Positions 14,719 through 27,697 of a DNA stretch of 64,000 nucleotides are shown piece after piece. Origin of the DNA: Neoconidiobolus thromboides FSU 785 (Eukaryota > Fungi > Entomophthoromycota); the NCBI GenBank assembly GCA_025603075.1, contig MU626266.1, positions 124,001 to 188,000 on the forward strand, in the 5' to 3' direction. Positions within the stretch are counted from its first letter, which is position 1. The number at the start of each line of letters is the position of its first letter. Both the position numbers and the translations under genes were made by a program. The notes under the pieces were generated by a model. The model had not been told where the DNA came from and did not search any database. It saw nothing but the letters and a program-made list of their open reading frames with translations.

Positions 14719-15110
14719 ATCTTATAAAGCTAAAGCACATGTAATTACAGACAGATATGCTATTTAAAAACTTAAAAATTAATACAACTTTATTTAGTTA
14801 CAGCTTAAATTATTTGCAGTTTTTCAAGGATTAAGTTATACCTTATCATTTAATAAATTAATTCTAATGCTATTTGATCATTGTTTCTTGTATTACAATT
14901 AAGAAAAATCCTGCCATTTTAATTACTGTGTTAATAGTGATATAGTCATCTAAAAATATTAAATATAAAATTCATAATGTTTACAATATTCTTAAAATTC
15001 TAAATTTAGAAAAGATTAAGGAATAAACTTAGTGATTTAAAAAGGGACTAAAATTAACCTAATGTAAATTCATATGCGAAAATTGAATAGTTTATAACTT
15101 AATATGCGTA

Positions 15111-16427
15111 TTAATTTAAAGGAGTAAGCCCAGCTACTTTGAAAGCTCTTTCTAAATCTTCAATAAGATCATCGACATGTTCGATACCTATACACAATCG
15201 TATAAGATCCTCTGGAAAGTTACGTGCTGCCCTAACCTCAGCCGGGATAGAAGCATGAGACATACTGCAAGGCATACTATATTTAATAATAAATAACTTA
15301 TCTACGAAAACAAAGATCTAAAATTACCTAATAAGTGAATTGATACAACCAAAGGATACTGATATGCCCCAAAGTTTAGTTGATTCTACAATACGTTCTG
15401 ATAATCCCACATCACCTGTTTCAATACTTAAAACAGCGCCTGGTCCATCGGCCATACTTTGATGTAGATCAAATTGAGGATGCGATTTCAAACCAGGATA
15501 ACGCACCTTTAATCCTAAATTTTCTAGATAATTCGCTATTTTAATAGCGTTTTTTTGTTGACGTTCCATACGCACTGCCAATGTTTTTACTCCTCTCATC
15601 AACAACCAAGAATCAAATGGGGACAAACCACATCCTGAAGCATTCACTATAAAATAAAGTTGATTTCCTAACTCTTCAGTTTTAGCCCCTATTACTCCAG
15701 CCATAAGATCATGATGACCACTTAAATACTTGGTACCCGAATGGTAAACGATATCAGCGCCTAATTCTAATGGTCGAAGTAGATAAGGTGACATCATAGT
15801 ATTATCAACTACTATTAAAGCAGAAGGATTTTTTTCATGTACTAGTTGAGCAATAGTAGGTATATCTGCAATTTTAATTAGTGGATTAGTTGGTGTTTCT
15901 AGTAAAACCATCTTTGTTTTTTCACTCAATTTTGATATCACAGAGTCGACTTTAGTTGTATCAACATGATGAGTAATGATACCGGCATGTGACTTTAAAA
16001 AGTTTAACAATCTATTTGTGCCTACAGAAATAGAGGTTAGCATATACTTATCAATGATTAATGATCAATAATCTTTAAACTTACCACCATAGAGATCATC
16101 TCCAGCAATAACTTCATCCCCAGATTTACATAATCTCATGATAACGTCTAAAGCTCCCATACCACTTGAAACTGCCAATCCTCTCTTTGCTTTCATTAAT
16201 TTTGCAAGATGAGTTTCAAGATGGGTGCGTGTTGGATTACCACTTCTTGAATAATCATACTCTCCACCTTCTGTCACTGAGTGTTGTTTGAATGTAGCAG
16301 TTTGATAAATTGGGACTGAAGCTGCGTTGTATGGATCTCTTATACCATCGGTACTATCAATATATACCACTTCGGTAGATAAATGGTATGGTTTTTTAAA
16401 GTTTGGGGAAGTTGGTGTACTGGCCAT
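15111..16427 (-). CDS. STR3: Cystathionine beta-lyase (Cys/Met metabolism PLP enzyme)
   Basis: Exons 16427-16085, 16021-15328, 15276-15111; YDYSRSGNPTR, SSGMGAL, LETPTNP, HSGTKYLSGHHD, LIRLCIGIEHVDDLIEDL. Confidence 0.93.
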
Positions 16428-17401
16428 GGTAATTTAAGTATTGATAATAAATTAACAAATAATAAAAGAAATAAAAAAAATGAAGTTGATTTGTTTTGAA
16501 AAATATAAGTTATAAAGTGAACTAAGGTAATGTTATCTCGAATTCTGTGCTTTTATCTTGAATATATTTTTAATTACATTGTTTCATTAATTTGAATTTT
16601 GGTGATGAAATGCCTGAAAACGTGACTTCGAATGTCTTCATTTGGTGATTGTGTCATCAAGTTAGAGATTGCACCATTTTTTAAGAAGATGGTATCATTT
16701 TATGGAATAATTGTTAATTTTAGAGCTTTAGAAAAGTAGACACTTTTTAATAGGCTAGAATTAAATCCGACTTTTTGGAGTTTTTGCAGTTTTGCAGCTT
16801 TTCTAGTTTCAAAATATTTACTATAGCTGAAGAGTTAAAATATTAAAATAGTACTATTATTAAAATTATTGAATTTTGTTTAGCTTATCTAGTTTATATA
16901 ATTTATAGATCATTGAAAATTGGTATTTACATAATATTCGATTTTATATTTTTTTACATTCCTAGAAAATTTGTAAAGTATTAAATACCAATATCAAATT
17001 TTGTCTAAAAACTTCAAAATTATAAAAGTACAAACTCAATATTGAATTTTATAAAGCTTAATATACGAAAGATAGTCAGATTTTATTTGAACAAGCATAT
17101 GAATTTGTGGACTCAAAAGATATATTTGGTTTAAATATATTAAAAAATATTTTTTAATATCATAGATTAAATTATTAAATATAAAATTCAACTTAATGTT
17201 AATAATTTTGAAAATATTGCCATTTCAAATAAAAGGGTGCTAAAGAATATGTATTAGTAACGAGAAGGACAATTATTGATGATATTCTAATGCAATTTTA
17301 TAGTATGAAATTTGAAACATATACAATAGCTATTATGTATTCGTTTTCAGGCTTCTAATGCTGCCATATTTTTATCATAAGATGGCATGGTAATGAATTG
17401 A

Positions 17402-17505
17402 ATATGTGAATGTATTCTTTTGCTTAAAAATTTTACTAACAATTTTTCCGTTCAAATACTACTTAAAAAATCGAAAGTAATGAAATAGAAAAAAAATCCT
17501 CGTAT
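17402..17505 (+). mobile_element. MITE-A copy 3
   Basis: Consensus match; ATAT/GTAT. Confidence 0.85.
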
Positions 17506-18092
17506 ACTATCACAAAGAGGTGCTATTTATACTTTGACTATACATGTCCCAGGAATATATTCTAAAATAACCATAAGACGAGCTACTCATATAATGATCC
17601 TTCAGTTGCTATATATTAAAGTATAAACCACTAATATCCAAGTCAAATATGTAAATTTTATTTTTTAATATTAGAATATAATTGCGTCATGGTTTGAGCG
17701 CTGTAGTATTTAGTCAATTTATTTAATCTGATTTATTGGAATCTTTCAAGCCTCTTATTTATTAGGGCTATTGGCGTTTTGTGACATTCATCTTGGTTCC
17801 TATAAATAGTTTACTAAAGCCATAAATATCGTTGACCATTTTCATCAGTTTTAGATAGTTTTATTATTATTATTTATTGTTTACGATAATCTCTCATCAT
17901 CTTTACTAAACATATTTTCTGACTATTTAGGTGATATTAGTCAATTCTCCCAATTTTATATTGTTTTATAAAGTTGCTTTATATGAAAAACTTAGATGAC
18001 GTATGTAAATTTCATTTATACTTTATATCATCATGTAATTGTAGATACAAGAAGAAGAATACAAGTTTATATTAATATTTTTAAACATCAGC

Positions 18093-18195
18093 AAATAGAG
18101 GTGTTTTTTTTTGGCTTTGTCACTCTCATTTTTTAAGCACTATTTGAGTAGAAAGATTGCTTATAAAACTCTTAACAAAAAAATACACTCCTATG
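18093..18195 (-). mobile_element. MITE-A copy 4
   Basis: Diverged consensus match. Confidence 0.8.
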
Positions 18196-19089
18196 TTTTA
18201 ATAGCTTTAGCTGTTAAGTATTTCACAGTATATCCGTGCAACTTTAAAAAATATAGCAAAGCAGTCAAATTTTGAGTTTTTGTTTATTTTGAAATTATGC
18301 GTTGCTATATTAAAACACTTGAAAGAAACTAGGAGTACATAAATTGTTGATAGTACATTTGAATAGGTAGCCTTATTAACACAGCTCATCATGTAATATT
18401 TATTAGCTTCAAAACTATGAATAGGGAACTAAATCAATGCTTAAAGCTTAAACTTAATTATTTATATTGAAAAACCGCTAAGGTGGTAAAAATTAAAACT
18501 AAAACAGGTTACTATTGGTAGTAACAATACATTCATTAATACCTCATACTTCATTCTTCATTTACCCAAGCCGATATTAGGTTTTTTCTAATTCGTTTAA
18601 GAGCTACATGAATTTCTAAAATAGAAGGTGTAATAAGCAGTAAAGAAGTAGTAATTATGTTACTCGCATCTAAATCTATAGGCATTAATTCAAAGTGTTT
18701 AGCTTTAAGTATTTCAACATTTCGAAAAAGAGATAGAAAATAAAGGAATGCATTATATCTACTGTATAAATTCTCGGTCTTAATTTATTTCATATTTCTG
18801 TATTCAATTAAGTTATAGTCATTATTGATATTTAGGTTAAATTGGCTAAACAACTCACTATTAGATCCGTCTAAATAACTAATATGAATGAATTGAATGT
18901 TTGATGACAGAGAAATTGAAGGTAGTAAATCCATTCAACAGTTCGCAAATATATACCTTTTAAAGCTGATAATTTTAAAAAATCATATTTGGCTTCAAAA
19001 ATTATATCAAAGCGGCCCAAAGAAGAAAAACTAGCGCCTTTAGTTAAAATTATAATATTGTTTTCATTTTTATTATTAAAATAAACACT

Positions 19090-19194
19090 ATATTGGAATG
19101 TTTTTTTTGGTTTCATTACTTTTTACTTTTTTAAGCGCTATTTGAGTGGAAAACTGTTAGTAAAATTGTTAAGCAAAAAAATACATCCCCATAT
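19090..19194 (-). mobile_element. MITE-A copy 5
   Basis: Consensus match; ATAT/ATAT. Confidence 0.9.
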
Positions 19195-21566
19195 CCATTA
19201 CTAATTTTATACTCCTCAATTGCTTTAAATCACCAAATAATCAAAATTGAAAGTATGGCTAAGATTTCTAATTTCTAATTTCTAGCCGTAAGTTTAAAAT
19301 AAATTTAGTAGGGGCCTCAATAAAGAGCCACCCAATATTAATTGTACTATATTTAAGTTATTAAATTTTCATTTAACTACATCCAATCCATCACAATCCG
19401 GTTTAACATTAGTAGATAATTTAAATGATTTAAGACTATTTGAGTTAAAGTAGTCAATTAAATGTTTAATAGTTATACTTACAATCTTCTTATTTGAATG
19501 ATTCAATTTGATATAAATAGCTTTCGAAAAAATGTAGCAAGGAATATATATTTAACTCAACAGTAAAGCTCTTCAACTTTAGTAATTTGGTCTTGATTTC
19601 ACTTACAAAACTACTATTGAAATCTCTGTTATTTCCATAGTGTATAGATACTAAATTGGGGCAATACTACAAGTATACAATTTCATGGTTGCACAAGTTT
19701 ATGTACTTCATTAGTGTTCCGTCTTTTATAATAAATTTCTTCTTGTAGTATTGATACTTGTAACGTTTCCCTCTTGATTTTAAGCAGAAAAAATCAGGTT
19801 GTATTTGATAGTCATACTTACAATTTTAAATAAATATTTACACAATGTAATTTAAGTAACTCGAATGAAACTAATAATCTGAATATTTTTCTAGTAAAAG
19901 ATTTGGCAATAAGTTGAATTATAGTAGCATTTGGAGATTAATTTAAACAAGAAAAATTTCGAGTTAAGTTTTTTTGCCCACAATTTTATTTTTATATGCA
20001 TAAATTTATTATGAATGTTCTTAATGAACCATCACTAGGTAATTTGTTGCAAATGTTCTTATACAAATTTCATATGAGCTAATCAGCTCGCAACCGAGTT
20101 ATTTAATATTCGAACTCTATAAAGAGAAACAAATTACTCTTTTGGATAAATTTCAAAGTTGATAAAGGTTCTTGAAATACAACTGTAATCTTTTACATAC
20201 TTTTGAAAGATAGTATAGAAGTAAAAGTAGGAATAATACTTTCTATAAATGATTATATATTGCTTAACACTCTATGATAACAGTTATAGATTAGTTGCTT
20301 AACCATTAAGTACGAATAACACTGTTGTTCAATATAACTGGATGTAACTTTTATTGAAATCACTAAATTAACTTAGAGAAAATTTCCAACCTTGTAATTA
20401 TGGTAAATAAGTATAAAATAAGCCATAAAAAACTTCATTTCGAGTATAAAAAAACTAATTACTACTTTATTTCAACTTAGATTTTGTAAACCAATTTTGA
20501 TTATTTATAGTTTTATATAGCATAAATACCCTGATTTGTAACCATCCATCGCTTCACTATATACACTTATAGCTATAGTAAAAGACCTAATATACAAAGC
20601 TGAAATAAAAGAATAAACCAATTGTTGATAAATCAATATCAAATCCAAGTATTAGTAGTGCAAAGCTACTTATTTTTTTTGATTGGAGAAAGAAAATGTT
20701 AGATTTAGTTCGAAATTGCCTTCTTATGTATTAATAAATAGGATTAAAATAATCGCATAGTGCTCTGACTAACTAAAATGTATATAAGATATACTTAATG
20801 AGTTAAAGACCCTATGTCTATAAAACTCTAACGTTCTACAAATGAATTATTAAGCTTTATCAGAACCTATGATGTTGGATTAATTCTAAAATAAAATTTA
20901 AATATAGTTTCAATCTATTTTTAATTTCTAAATTTAAATCCAATAAATCAAATATTACTTTTCATCAGTTTCATTGCCTGAATATTCGGTGTCTCAAATA
21001 TCCTTAAAGCTATGTAATTCATACTTATCAATCTTTAGATTTAAAAGCTATCGATTCGCTTGAAGCAACTGAAAGTTTGTTAAACTTGGCCAATAAAAGC
21101 GAAATAATTAAGTTTATTATTGTACTAAAATAGCTATAAAATTTAGTAAAAATAAAAATTACTATTTTAGTAAATTATTTTTCCCAACTCAATATTATAT
21201 TTTTAGAGTTTTGAAATTAAATAACTATTTTTATAAACTAAAGTAATATACCGACTTTATTTTTTTGATAAGCAAACAACATTTTTGAAGTAAAGATAAG
21301 AATACTGTTAATAATTAATTTCTACAATAATTCTTTAAGATAAATTTGTAACTATTTGTACTATAAGTTGTCCCTTCAGTATCTCAATAATAGAGCTTAT
21401 CAGTTATTATTAAAATTGTTGCAATCATAAGACTTTGATGAAACTTCAAGTAGATATTGAACCACTTTTTTCTACTTGAATACTGTACTGTTGCTGCAAA
21501 GCGCCTAGAGAACAAGTATATATAAAAAGTTACTAAAAGTGAATAGATTATCAAAAAAATTCATTC

Positions 21567-22910
21567 ATGATGAACAATAATACTGTAAAAGTGGAAAATG
21601 AACCTGATGTGAAAGTAAAATCAAGCTCATCATTTAACTTGAATTCCTCGCCTGAAGGGATAAACATGGATATATCAGACGGTGAAATCGAAGGAAATCC
21701 AAGGTTAGATGGTAAAGAAGGTTGGATAGTAGTAATAGCTAGCTTTATGAACTTATTTGTAGTAGTAGGCATGGCATTTAGTTTTGGGGTTTTTATGCAA
21801 CACTATGCCGATGTGTTGTTTAAAGACCAAGTACCATTATCCACTTTAACTTTTATTGGAACTTTAACCACTTCTCTCACAACACTATTATCTGTATTTA
21901 CAGGAAAAGTAGCTGATAGAATAGGTTATCGTAATTCCATTCTTATTGGTTCAGTAGTTCTTCCTTTAGGGCTATTGTTAGCCTCCTTTAGTACAGAAGT
22001 TTGGCATTTATTTTTGACACAAGGTGTTATGACAGGCATTGGTGGTGCGATTTCATTTGTTCCAGCTATAAGTGCTCCAGCTCAATGGTTTAAAAAATAT
22101 ACTGGTTTAGCTACTGGGATTTGTGTTGCTGGATCAGGCCTTGGGGGCCTAATACTAAGTCCTATTATACAAGCTATTATCAGTAATTTAGGATTTAGAT
22201 GGGCACTTCGAGTTGAAGCTATTATTTCGGCTGTCATATTACCCATTAGCGCTCTCTTTGTAAAAGAAAGGGTGAAAACACCAAAAAAAGGCCCTTGGTT
22301 CAACTTTGGTATATTAAAAGACTTACGTTTTATTTCTTTGTTCCTAGGTGGCTTTTTATATTCATTTGGCTACTTTGTACCATTTTTGCTTATGGCCAAA
22401 TATGCTCGTTCTATTGATCTTTCTGAATCTCAAGGCGCTTTATTAATTGGATTATTAAATGGAGGCTCTGCTGTCGGGAGAATTTTGTTGGGTGGTTTAG
22501 GCGACCGTTTTGGCAAAATTAATATTCTTTTTGTTTGTATTGCTCTTACATCGTTTTTTTGCTATTTCATTTGGACATTTTCATTTAATTTTGGTATTCT
22601 AATTGCTTTTAGTATATTATACGGTATATCTTCTGGGGGCTATTTCTCTATGCTACCAGCAGTTTCAGTTCAGTTGTTTGGCGTAGAAGGTATTGCCAGC
22701 ATTAATGGGCTATTCTATTTTGGTACTGGGATTCCTTATTTAGTCGGTACTCCTATTGCATCAGCTATATTGTCTGCTTCAAGCCCAGACCCAAGCAAGC
22801 CTAATTATACACCAGTTATGATGTATGCAGGGACTTCTGCATTATTAGGAGGAGTAGCAATTCTCATTCTTAGAATTTTAGTTAATCGTAATGTACTTTC
22901 ACGAGTGTAG
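21567..22910 (+). CDS. MFS transporter, monocarboxylate porter (MCT/Mch) family, paralog 1
   Basis: Intronless 447 aa; DGKEGWIVV, GKVADRIGYR, QWFKKYTGLATG, GRILLGGLGDRFG. Confidence 0.93.
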   Translation: MMNNNTVKVENEPDVKVKSSSSFNLNSSPEGINMDISDGEIEGNPRLDGKEGWIVVIASFMNLFVVVGMAFSFGVFMQHYADVLFKDQVPLSTLTFIGTLTTSLTTLLSVFTGKVADRIGYRNSILIGSVVLPLGLLLASFSTEVWHLFLTQGVMTGIGGAISFVPAISAPAQWFKKYTGLATGICVAGSGLGGLILSPIIQAIISNLGFRWALRVEAIISAVILPISALFVKERVKTPKKGPWFNFGILKDLRFISLFLGGFLYSFGYFVPFLLMAKYARSIDLSESQGALLIGLLNGGSAVGRILLGGLGDRFGKINILFVCIALTSFFCYFIWTFSFNFGILIAFSILYGISSGGYFSMLPAVSVQLFGVEGIASINGLFYFGTGIPYLVGTPIASAILSASSPDPSKPNYTPVMMYAGTSALLGGVAILILRILVNRNVLSRV

Positions 22911-23474
22911 CTGTATAACTACTTTAGTTTAAAAAATTGAGAATAAAAGGAATTTTTTAGGCTTCCAATTAACTATTTTATAAGAATCTTCTATTTAGTT
23001 TATTATTTTGTTTGGGCTTTATGCTACGTATAGTGACTGATAAAGTTAGAACGTTGAAATTTTTAGTATTTTTTATGTTCACGCAATTAATTTTTTTATA
23101 AAAATAAACTGCAAGTTAGTTGTAAATTAAATAAATTAATAAAATGACAAAATAAAAATTGCATCATTATATAGTTTTCATATCGTCATAAACTCATTTG
23201 ATATTCAATTCATTCCTCTCCATCGTCCAACCTGTTCCATGATTTCTAAAACCTAATTTTCACGGAACTATGCTTTTCTAGTCCGACTAATTAATTTCAA
23301 AAACTCTTCTTTACAAGATATGATCCTTCCTTTCTTAAAAGGATTTGACTATTTAGTAGCGAACAAATTTGTCTCATACTATCAATCCTGTTCATTTTTT
23401 GACTACGTGCCTCCTTAATTATTGTATACAATCACTTTCTCTTCAAATAAAACATAGTCTCTACGGCTTTTAAC

Positions 23475-23558
23475 TTATGAGGGTGTTTTTTTGGCTTCAT
23501 CACTTTTTCCATTTTCTAAGCACTATTTAAGTGGAAAAACACAAAAATATCCCTTTAT
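23475..23558 (-). mobile_element. MITE-A copy 6 (internal deletion)
   Basis: About 20 nt missing internally; exact TTAT/TTAT flanks. Confidence 0.85.
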
Positions 23559-24419
23559 AAAAAAACCATACATTTCCATTAAGAGGGAATTTAGAGCATT
23601 AATAATTAAATAGCAACTAATGAAAACATTCGTATATATCAAAGTTAAACAAAAGCAAAATGTTTTATAGTGTAAAGTTCACCAAAAACCCTTAAATCCT
23701 TGAAAATTACAAATATTGCCTGAACATTTGTGAAAGATACAAATAGATTCTTCTCTTTATTTTTAATATAAATAGTTTATAAGCTCTCACATTTTACAAA
23801 TTAGTTTTGTACTAAAAATTTATTGGATACTTAAGTCTATTATGCTTCCAAAGATTAAAAAAAACTATTGAGGACTCTAAAATAAGTTAGTACTTTTATT
23901 TTTACTCAAATACTGCAAGACTTGTACAATATTTTATATATGTTTATAGTTTAAAAGCTTAACAAACAGAGTAAGGAAAAAATTACAAAAGCGTATAGCT
24001 CAGGGATACCACTTTGTGACTTTTAGTATTTTTCAAATATCAAGAGACTTGATAATAAAATAGTTTATAATATCATCACGGCCATGTTAATTTATAAAGA
24101 CAATTGATTTTGTATTGAAATAAGAAAATAAAAAAGATTTATTTATTTATGTTTTTTTTATATTTAGATTTTTTTGAGTTTCTAACTAAAAATTATAAAA
24201 ACTTGGTATGAGCTCTATACCTATTCTTAATTACAATTTTTCCCTCAGTCAATGCTATAAGAAAAACAAGTAAGTGTAATACCAGCGTTTAATAGAATAG
24301 TATACTACACTAATAAAATCGTTAATCTAAATCTAACAAAGCTTATGTTCAAACAATGTATTAAATAAATATATAAAAATTATAGTCAATTAACTTTAAC
24401 CCATAAAATTATTTGTTTA

Positions 24420-24524
24420 ATATGGTGATGTATTTTTATGTTTAAGAATTTACTAACAATTTTTCCACTCAAATAATGCTTGAAAATGGAAAAAGTAATG
24501 AAGCCAAAAAAAACACTCCCATAT
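24420..24524 (+). mobile_element. MITE-A copy 7
   Basis: Near consensus; ATAT/ATAT. Confidence 0.92.
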
Positions 24525-25008
24525 CCTGTATAAGATCATATTGTGACACAAATTTCACTTATTGCCGTCTTATATACATAAAAATACTACTTGTTCCTAT
24601 CGATTGCTTAATCATATAGATATATAATAATAGTAAAATAGTTAGTACTCAAAACTTAATAGATAGATTTTAATAGGATTGAATAGCATAACGTTAAAAA
24701 TTTTATGATAACAACTAACAAGGCTTATAAACTTCGATTTAAAGAAAATTTAAAATACTGACTAAAAGTAGTTCCCTATTTCCTAATAAATAACATCTAA
24801 TTAGTCAGTAAAACGTAACTATAAAGTGCGGGCTACCCATAATCTAGGCTTGATACACCAATTTTTTTAACACATTTTATCTACAAAACTTTGGTATTTC
24901 TAAAAAGGCCTTAATTGTATTAATATTGCAATTGAACAATTTATAGATCAATATGAATGAAGTTCGTGATTTTTTCCTCTCGCTTTTTAAATTGAATTTA
25001 GTAAGCAC

Positions 25009-25070
25009 GAATATTTTTTACTAATTGTCCTTTTTTGCTATTTTTTGAAATTTAGAAATTGACTAACTAG
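25009..25070. mobile_element. Partial arm of foldback element MITE-C
   Basis: gaatattttttactaattgtccttttttgctattttttgaaatttagaaatt resembles both arms of 54598-54858. Confidence 0.55.
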
Positions 25071-26064
25071 TATAAATATGAGAAAATATGTTTTTTTTTG
25101 AAGGAATTGAGTAATTGATTATATTTAAACTAAGGTATTTAGAAAATACAAAAAACGCCGAAGTAGTAAATATAAAATATTTTTTGATTTCATTTGTATA
25201 TATGTTTTTTATACATCAAACTTAAAAACATTTGCTAAATATCAATAGAAAAAATGTTCCTATACATTATCTAGTTTTCAATTTTTCGTTTAGCTTTACA
25301 AAATCAAAGTTCAACTTAAAGTAAATCTTGGAAACATTCAAAAGTTTAACCTAGTTTTTAAACCCACTCTTATTAATTAATGCTTTTAATTAGTTTTATT
25401 ACCTGGATATTCATCCAGTCTAAGAAACCCTAAAGTTGTATAACTTATTTTTAATGATCTATTAACTTTTTTTAAAACCTTGAAAGGGAATGAGACCCTG
25501 AATGACTTAGTAATAATGGTAAGGAAGAATAAGATGAAAGATAAGATCTTTTGACCTTTTAGATTTCTGATAAGGTTAATATTTTAGTCAAAGCAGCTAA
25601 AATTTATTAAACCTGACCAATAAAAAATAAAATATTTAAACTTATTAGCACATCAAATGAGTCATTAAATTTAATAAAACAAATCCTATTTTTATAAATT
25701 TTTTCCCAATCCCAATATCGTATTTTTAGGGCTATAAAATCAGATAACTATTTTTATAAATTAAAGTAATGTAACAACTTTATACTTTTAGTAAAGTAAG
25801 CACTTTCGCGGAAATAAAACAATGAATATTATTACTAATCAATTTCTTTATTATATTCTTAAAGACAAATTTATGATTATTCATGCTTTAGATTGCCCCT
25901 TTTATATTCTAAAGATAGAGTTTATTCATTATTATTACAATAACTTACAATCATAGGACTTCAATAAAACTTCAAGTTAATAAAATACATATATTGTTGC
26001 TATAACTATAATACTATTACTATAAATCACTTAAAAAATAAGTATATATAAAAGCTGTCAAAAG

Positions 26065-26104
26065 AATTTAATTTAATTTAATTTAATTTAATTTAATTTA
26101 ATTT
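26065..26104. repeat. (AATTT)8 microsatellite between the TATA-like box and ATG of MCT paralog 2
   Basis: 8 perfect units; absent from the equivalent place in paralog 1. Confidence 0.9.
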
Positions 26105-26125
26105 ATATAAAAAATTTAATTTAGA

Positions 26126-27469
26126 ATGAATAATGGAACAACATTAATAGATAATGAACTTGATAATGAAAAGACAAAATCAAGTCCATCATTAGACTCA
26201 AATAGTATATTTAAAAAGAAGAACAAAGATACATTAGATGATATAGTAGAAGAAGATCCAAGGCTTGACACCATTGAGGGATGGATAATAGTAATGGCTA
26301 GTTTCATGAGTTTATTTATAGTGGTAGGTATGGCATTTAGCATTGGAGTATTTATCCAGCATTATGCCGATGTGTTGTTTAAAGATCAAGCACCATTATC
26401 CACTTTAACTTTTATCGGGACTTTAAGTTCTTCTATTCAAAATGTATTAGCCATATTTACTGGAAAATTGGCTGATAAAATAGGCTATCGTAAAGCTATA
26501 TTTATTGGTGCAGCAATAATTTCATTGGGTTTATTGTTAGCTTCTTTTAGTACTCAAGTTTGGCATTTATTTTTAACACAAGGTGTTATGGTGGGTATTG
26601 GTAGTGCAATTGCCTTTATTCCAGCCATAAGTGCTCCAGCTCAATGGTTTAAAAAATATACTGGTTTAGCTACTGGGATTTGTGTTGCTGGAGCAGGCAT
26701 CGGTGGTTTAACATTGAGTCCAATTCTTCAGGCGATTATCAGTAATTTAGGGTTTAGATGGGCACTTCGAGTTGAAGCTATTGTTTCAGTTATTGTACTA
26801 CCGGCTAGTGCTTTTTTTATAAAAGAGAGAGTAAAGACTTCAAATAAAGGATCCTGGTTTAATTTTAAGAAATTTAAAGATTCCCGGTTTCTTTCATTGT
26901 TCCTTGGAGGATTTTTATGCTCTTTTGGCTATCTTGTACCATTTTTGCTTATGGCCAAATATGCTCGTTCTATTGATCTTTCTGAATCTCAAGGCGCTTT
27001 ATTAATTGGATTATTAAATGGAGGCTCTGCTGTTGGGAGGATTGTGTTAGGCAGCTTAGGTGATCGTTTTGGAAAACTTAATATTCTTTTTGTTTGTATT
27101 GCTCTTACATCGTTTTTTTGCTATTTCATTTGGATGTTTGCGTTTAGTTTTGGTGCCTTACTTGTTTTCAATATTTTATATGGTGTATCTTCTGGGGGTT
27201 TTGTTTCTATGTTACCCGCAGTTACAACTCAATTGTTTGGCGTAGAGGGTATTGCAAGTATTAATGGGCTGTTCTATTTTAGCACTGGGATTCCTAATTT
27301 AGTTGGTACCCCTATTGCATCAGCTATATTGTCTGCATCAAGTCCAGATCCAAATAAACCTAATTATACACTAGTTATAATATATGCAGGAACCTCTGCA
27401 CTATTAGGAGCAGCGGCATTTTTTGTTCTTAAACTCATGGTTAATCGCAACATATTTTCCCGAGTATAA
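26126..27469 (+). CDS. MFS transporter, MCT/Mch family, paralog 2
   Basis: Intronless 447 aa, colinear with 21567-22910 at offset 4559. Confidence 0.93.
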   Translation: MNNGTTLIDNELDNEKTKSSPSLDSNSIFKKKNKDTLDDIVEEDPRLDTIEGWIIVMASFMSLFIVVGMAFSIGVFIQHYADVLFKDQAPLSTLTFIGTLSSSIQNVLAIFTGKLADKIGYRKAIFIGAAIISLGLLLASFSTQVWHLFLTQGVMVGIGSAIAFIPAISAPAQWFKKYTGLATGICVAGAGIGGLTLSPILQAIISNLGFRWALRVEAIVSVIVLPASAFFIKERVKTSNKGSWFNFKKFKDSRFLSLFLGGFLCSFGYLVPFLLMAKYARSIDLSESQGALLIGLLNGGSAVGRIVLGSLGDRFGKLNILFVCIALTSFFCYFIWMFAFSFGALLVFNILYGVSSGGFVSMLPAVTTQLFGVEGIASINGLFYFSTGIPNLVGTPIASAILSASSPDPNKPNYTLVIIYAGTSALLGAAAFFVLKLMVNRNIFSRV

Positions 27470-27697
27470 TTGTTAATTTAATTCAACACTTTATAAAAGA
27501 TAAGACTTTAAACTTCTGTATTTAAAATATAATATTTTGTTAGATTTAAATTTATCCTTCAGTGTATTAAATAGAAAATGAATAAATAAAAATGCTTATT
27601 TAAATAATAATGAAAGTGATTTATTTTGATTTTTGAAGATAATAGTTAAGAAATAAAGAGATGGATAGATGAAAGAGAGAGATAATATACATTAAAG

